From Myxococcota bacterium (GTDB taxonomy: Bacteria > Myxococcota_A > UBA9160 > SMWR01): 64,000 nucleotides of DNA. The stretch lies in contig JAKVBI010000017.1 in NCBI GenBank assembly GCA_022447545.1, forward strand, positions 69,512-133,511, written 5' to 3'. The notes under the pieces were generated by a model that saw only the letters and a program-made list of their open reading frames with translations, did not search any database and was not told where the DNA came from. The position numbers were made by a program, and so were the translations under genes. Positions within the stretch are counted from its first letter, which is position 1. Every line of letters starts with the position of its first letter. This document shows, one piece after another, positions 62,926 through 64,000 of this stretch.

Positions 62926-64000
62926 TCAGTCGGGAAGGCCGAGCACGCGCTTGGCGATGATGTTGAGTTGGACCTCGGAGGTGCCTCCCTCGATCGAGTT
63001 CCCCTTGGAACGCAGCCAGGTGCGTGTCTGGTCGATCTCGAAAGGTTCGTAGCCGTCACCCTCCCAGCCCAAGCCCTGGGTTCCCAGAATTGCCACCATG
63101 AGTTCGCCGCGCTTCTTGGCGTCTTCCGATGCCTTGTACTTGAAGATCGACGAGGCGGTTCCCACGTCATTTCCCGCACGTGCCTCGTCGGCAGTGCGTC
63201 GAACGGTGGAGTTGAAGCAGTGCTGGTCCATCTCCATCCGGGCCAGGCGGTCGCGGATGATCGGGTCCGCCACTTTTCCGTCCGAGGTGCCGCAATAGCG
63301 TTTAGCCAATTCCGGGGGGGCATCGGTCCCACGGGTGGGTCCCATGAAACCGGAAGAGGAAATGCCCTGGCGCTCGTACTGAAGAAGGCGCTTGGCCACC
63401 GTCCAACCCCCGTGGAGAGGGCCTACCAGGGCGTTCTTCTCGGCTCGGACCTCTTCGAAGAAAGTCTGGCAGAAGGGTGACGAACCGCTGATCAGCTTGA
63501 TAGGACTCACACGCACGCCCGGCTGGTTCATGTCGATCAGAATCAGGCTGATTCCTTCGTGCTTGGGCGCACCGGGATCGCTGCGAACCAGGCAGAACAT
63601 CCAGTCTGCGACGTCCGCTCCCGAGGTCCAGATCTTCTGACCTGTGATCGAGTAGTGGTCCCCGCGGTCTTCACAGCGGGTTTGCAGCGAAGCCAGGTCG
63701 GAGCCCGCACCAGGCTCGCTGTAGCCCTGGCACCAACTGATTTCACCCCGGGCGATGGGAGGAAGATGTTGTTGCTTCTGCTCCTCGGTACCGAACTCGA
63801 GGAGCGTCGGGCCGAACATCAGGAGCCCCATGCTCACAACGGGGGGGGGTGCCCCGAGGCGCAGCATCTCTTCGCGAAGCACGGCCGCCTGGGCACGCTC
63901 GAGGCCGGCACCGCCGTACTCCCGGGGCCAGGTGGGTGCGCAATAGCCCCGTTCTACTGCTCGAGAGAGCCACAGGTGCGAGTCTTCAGCGGGCTCGGCG
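62926..64000 (-). CDS. acyl-CoA dehydrogenase family protein (5' end beyond the right edge)
   Basis: The frame is open to nt 64000 (AEPAEDSHLWLSRAVERGYCAPTWPREYGG...). WCQGYSEPGAGSD. C-terminal SIEGGTSEVQLNIIAKRVLGLP. Confidence 0.85.
   Translation of the reverse strand, partial: AEPAEDSHLWLSRAVERGYCAPTWPREYGGAGLERAQAAVLREEMLRLGAPPPVVSMGLLMFGPTLLEFGTEEQKQQHLPPIARGEISWCQGYSEPGAGSDLASLQTRCEDRGDHYSITGQKIWTSGADVADWMFCLVRSDPGAPKHEGISLILIDMNQPGVRVSPIKLISGSSPFCQTFFEEVRAEKNALVGPLHGGWTVAKRLLQYERQGISSSGFMGPTRGTDAPPELAKRYCGTSDGKVADPIIRDRLARMEMDQHCFNSTVRRTADEARAGNDVGTASSIFKYKASEDAKKRGELMVAILGTQGLGWEGDGYEPFEIDQTRTWLRSKGNSIEGGTSEVQLNIIAKRVLGLPD
63841..63849. repeat. G9 homopolymer inside the ACAD coding sequence (encodes Pro-Pro-Pro on the minus strand)
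   Basis: Read directly. It corresponds to LGAPPPVV in the protein. Confidence 0.9.

Noticed and set aside
1-64000. CRISPR arrays, transposases/IS ends, integrases, prophage or defence-system genes
   Set aside because: There are no regularly spaced direct repeats, no terminal inverted repeats flanking any gene, no recombinase/nuclease/ATPase architectures typical of defence systems, and no obvious compositional break. The window looks like core or accessory chromosomal metabolism.

Overview
GC-rich bacterial chromosomal window (about 60 percent G+C by eye, not computed). It is very gene-dense. I call 53 protein-coding genes, two of them cut by the window edges, plus one candidate mini-ORF. 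By my own gene boundaries only about 4.3 kb (about 7 percent) is non-coding. I recognised no rRNA, tRNA, CRISPR array, transposase, integrase or phage gene, and no obvious transcription factor. Gram-negative hallmarks are present: an outer-membrane beta-barrel protein ending in RYQF, an NfuA-type HesB+Nfu fusion, a Tat-signal PhoD, and lipoprotein-like or signal-peptide N-termini. A few genes are housekeeping (RNase R, NfuA, an MscS-type channel). The rest is dominated by repeated families of soluble redox and hydrolytic enzymes. These are 3 phytanoyl-CoA-dioxygenase-like proteins, 3 amidohydrolase-2 proteins, 3 Zn-dependent MDR dehydrogenases and 3 SDRs, 3 NTF2/SnoaL-like genes (one of them a triple-domain fusion), 2 KstD-like FAD enzymes and 2 tandem acyl-CoA dehydrogenases, plus single copies of a Baeyer-Villiger monooxygenase, P450, enolase-superfamily enzyme, thiolase, CaiB CoA-transferase, TauD dioxygenase, LLM oxidoreductase and PPOX-family protein. 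This resembles an alicyclic, isoprenoid or steroid-like catabolic gene-rich region rather than a mobile island. Five items look most unusual. (1) A single-chain protein holds three tandem SnoaL_4/NTF2 units and heads a mixed soluble-oxygenase and membrane operon (24355-30709). (2) An RfbH/ColD-like DegT-family enzyme has His in place of the PLP lysine and sits outside any sugar-nucleotide cluster. (3) Two GT-C (ArnT/PMT-like) glycosyltransferases lie in tandem next to sulfotransferase, PPOX and LLM genes. (4) An in-frame TGA separates a Shine-Dalgarno-led hydrophobic mini-ORF from an SGNH hydrolase. (5) A tandem acyl-CoA dehydrogenase pair has one copy with a degenerate signature. All family calls come from motif recognition by eye; no database search was run. 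I found no defence, toxin or mobile system, and none of the candidates is demonstrably novel from sequence alone.
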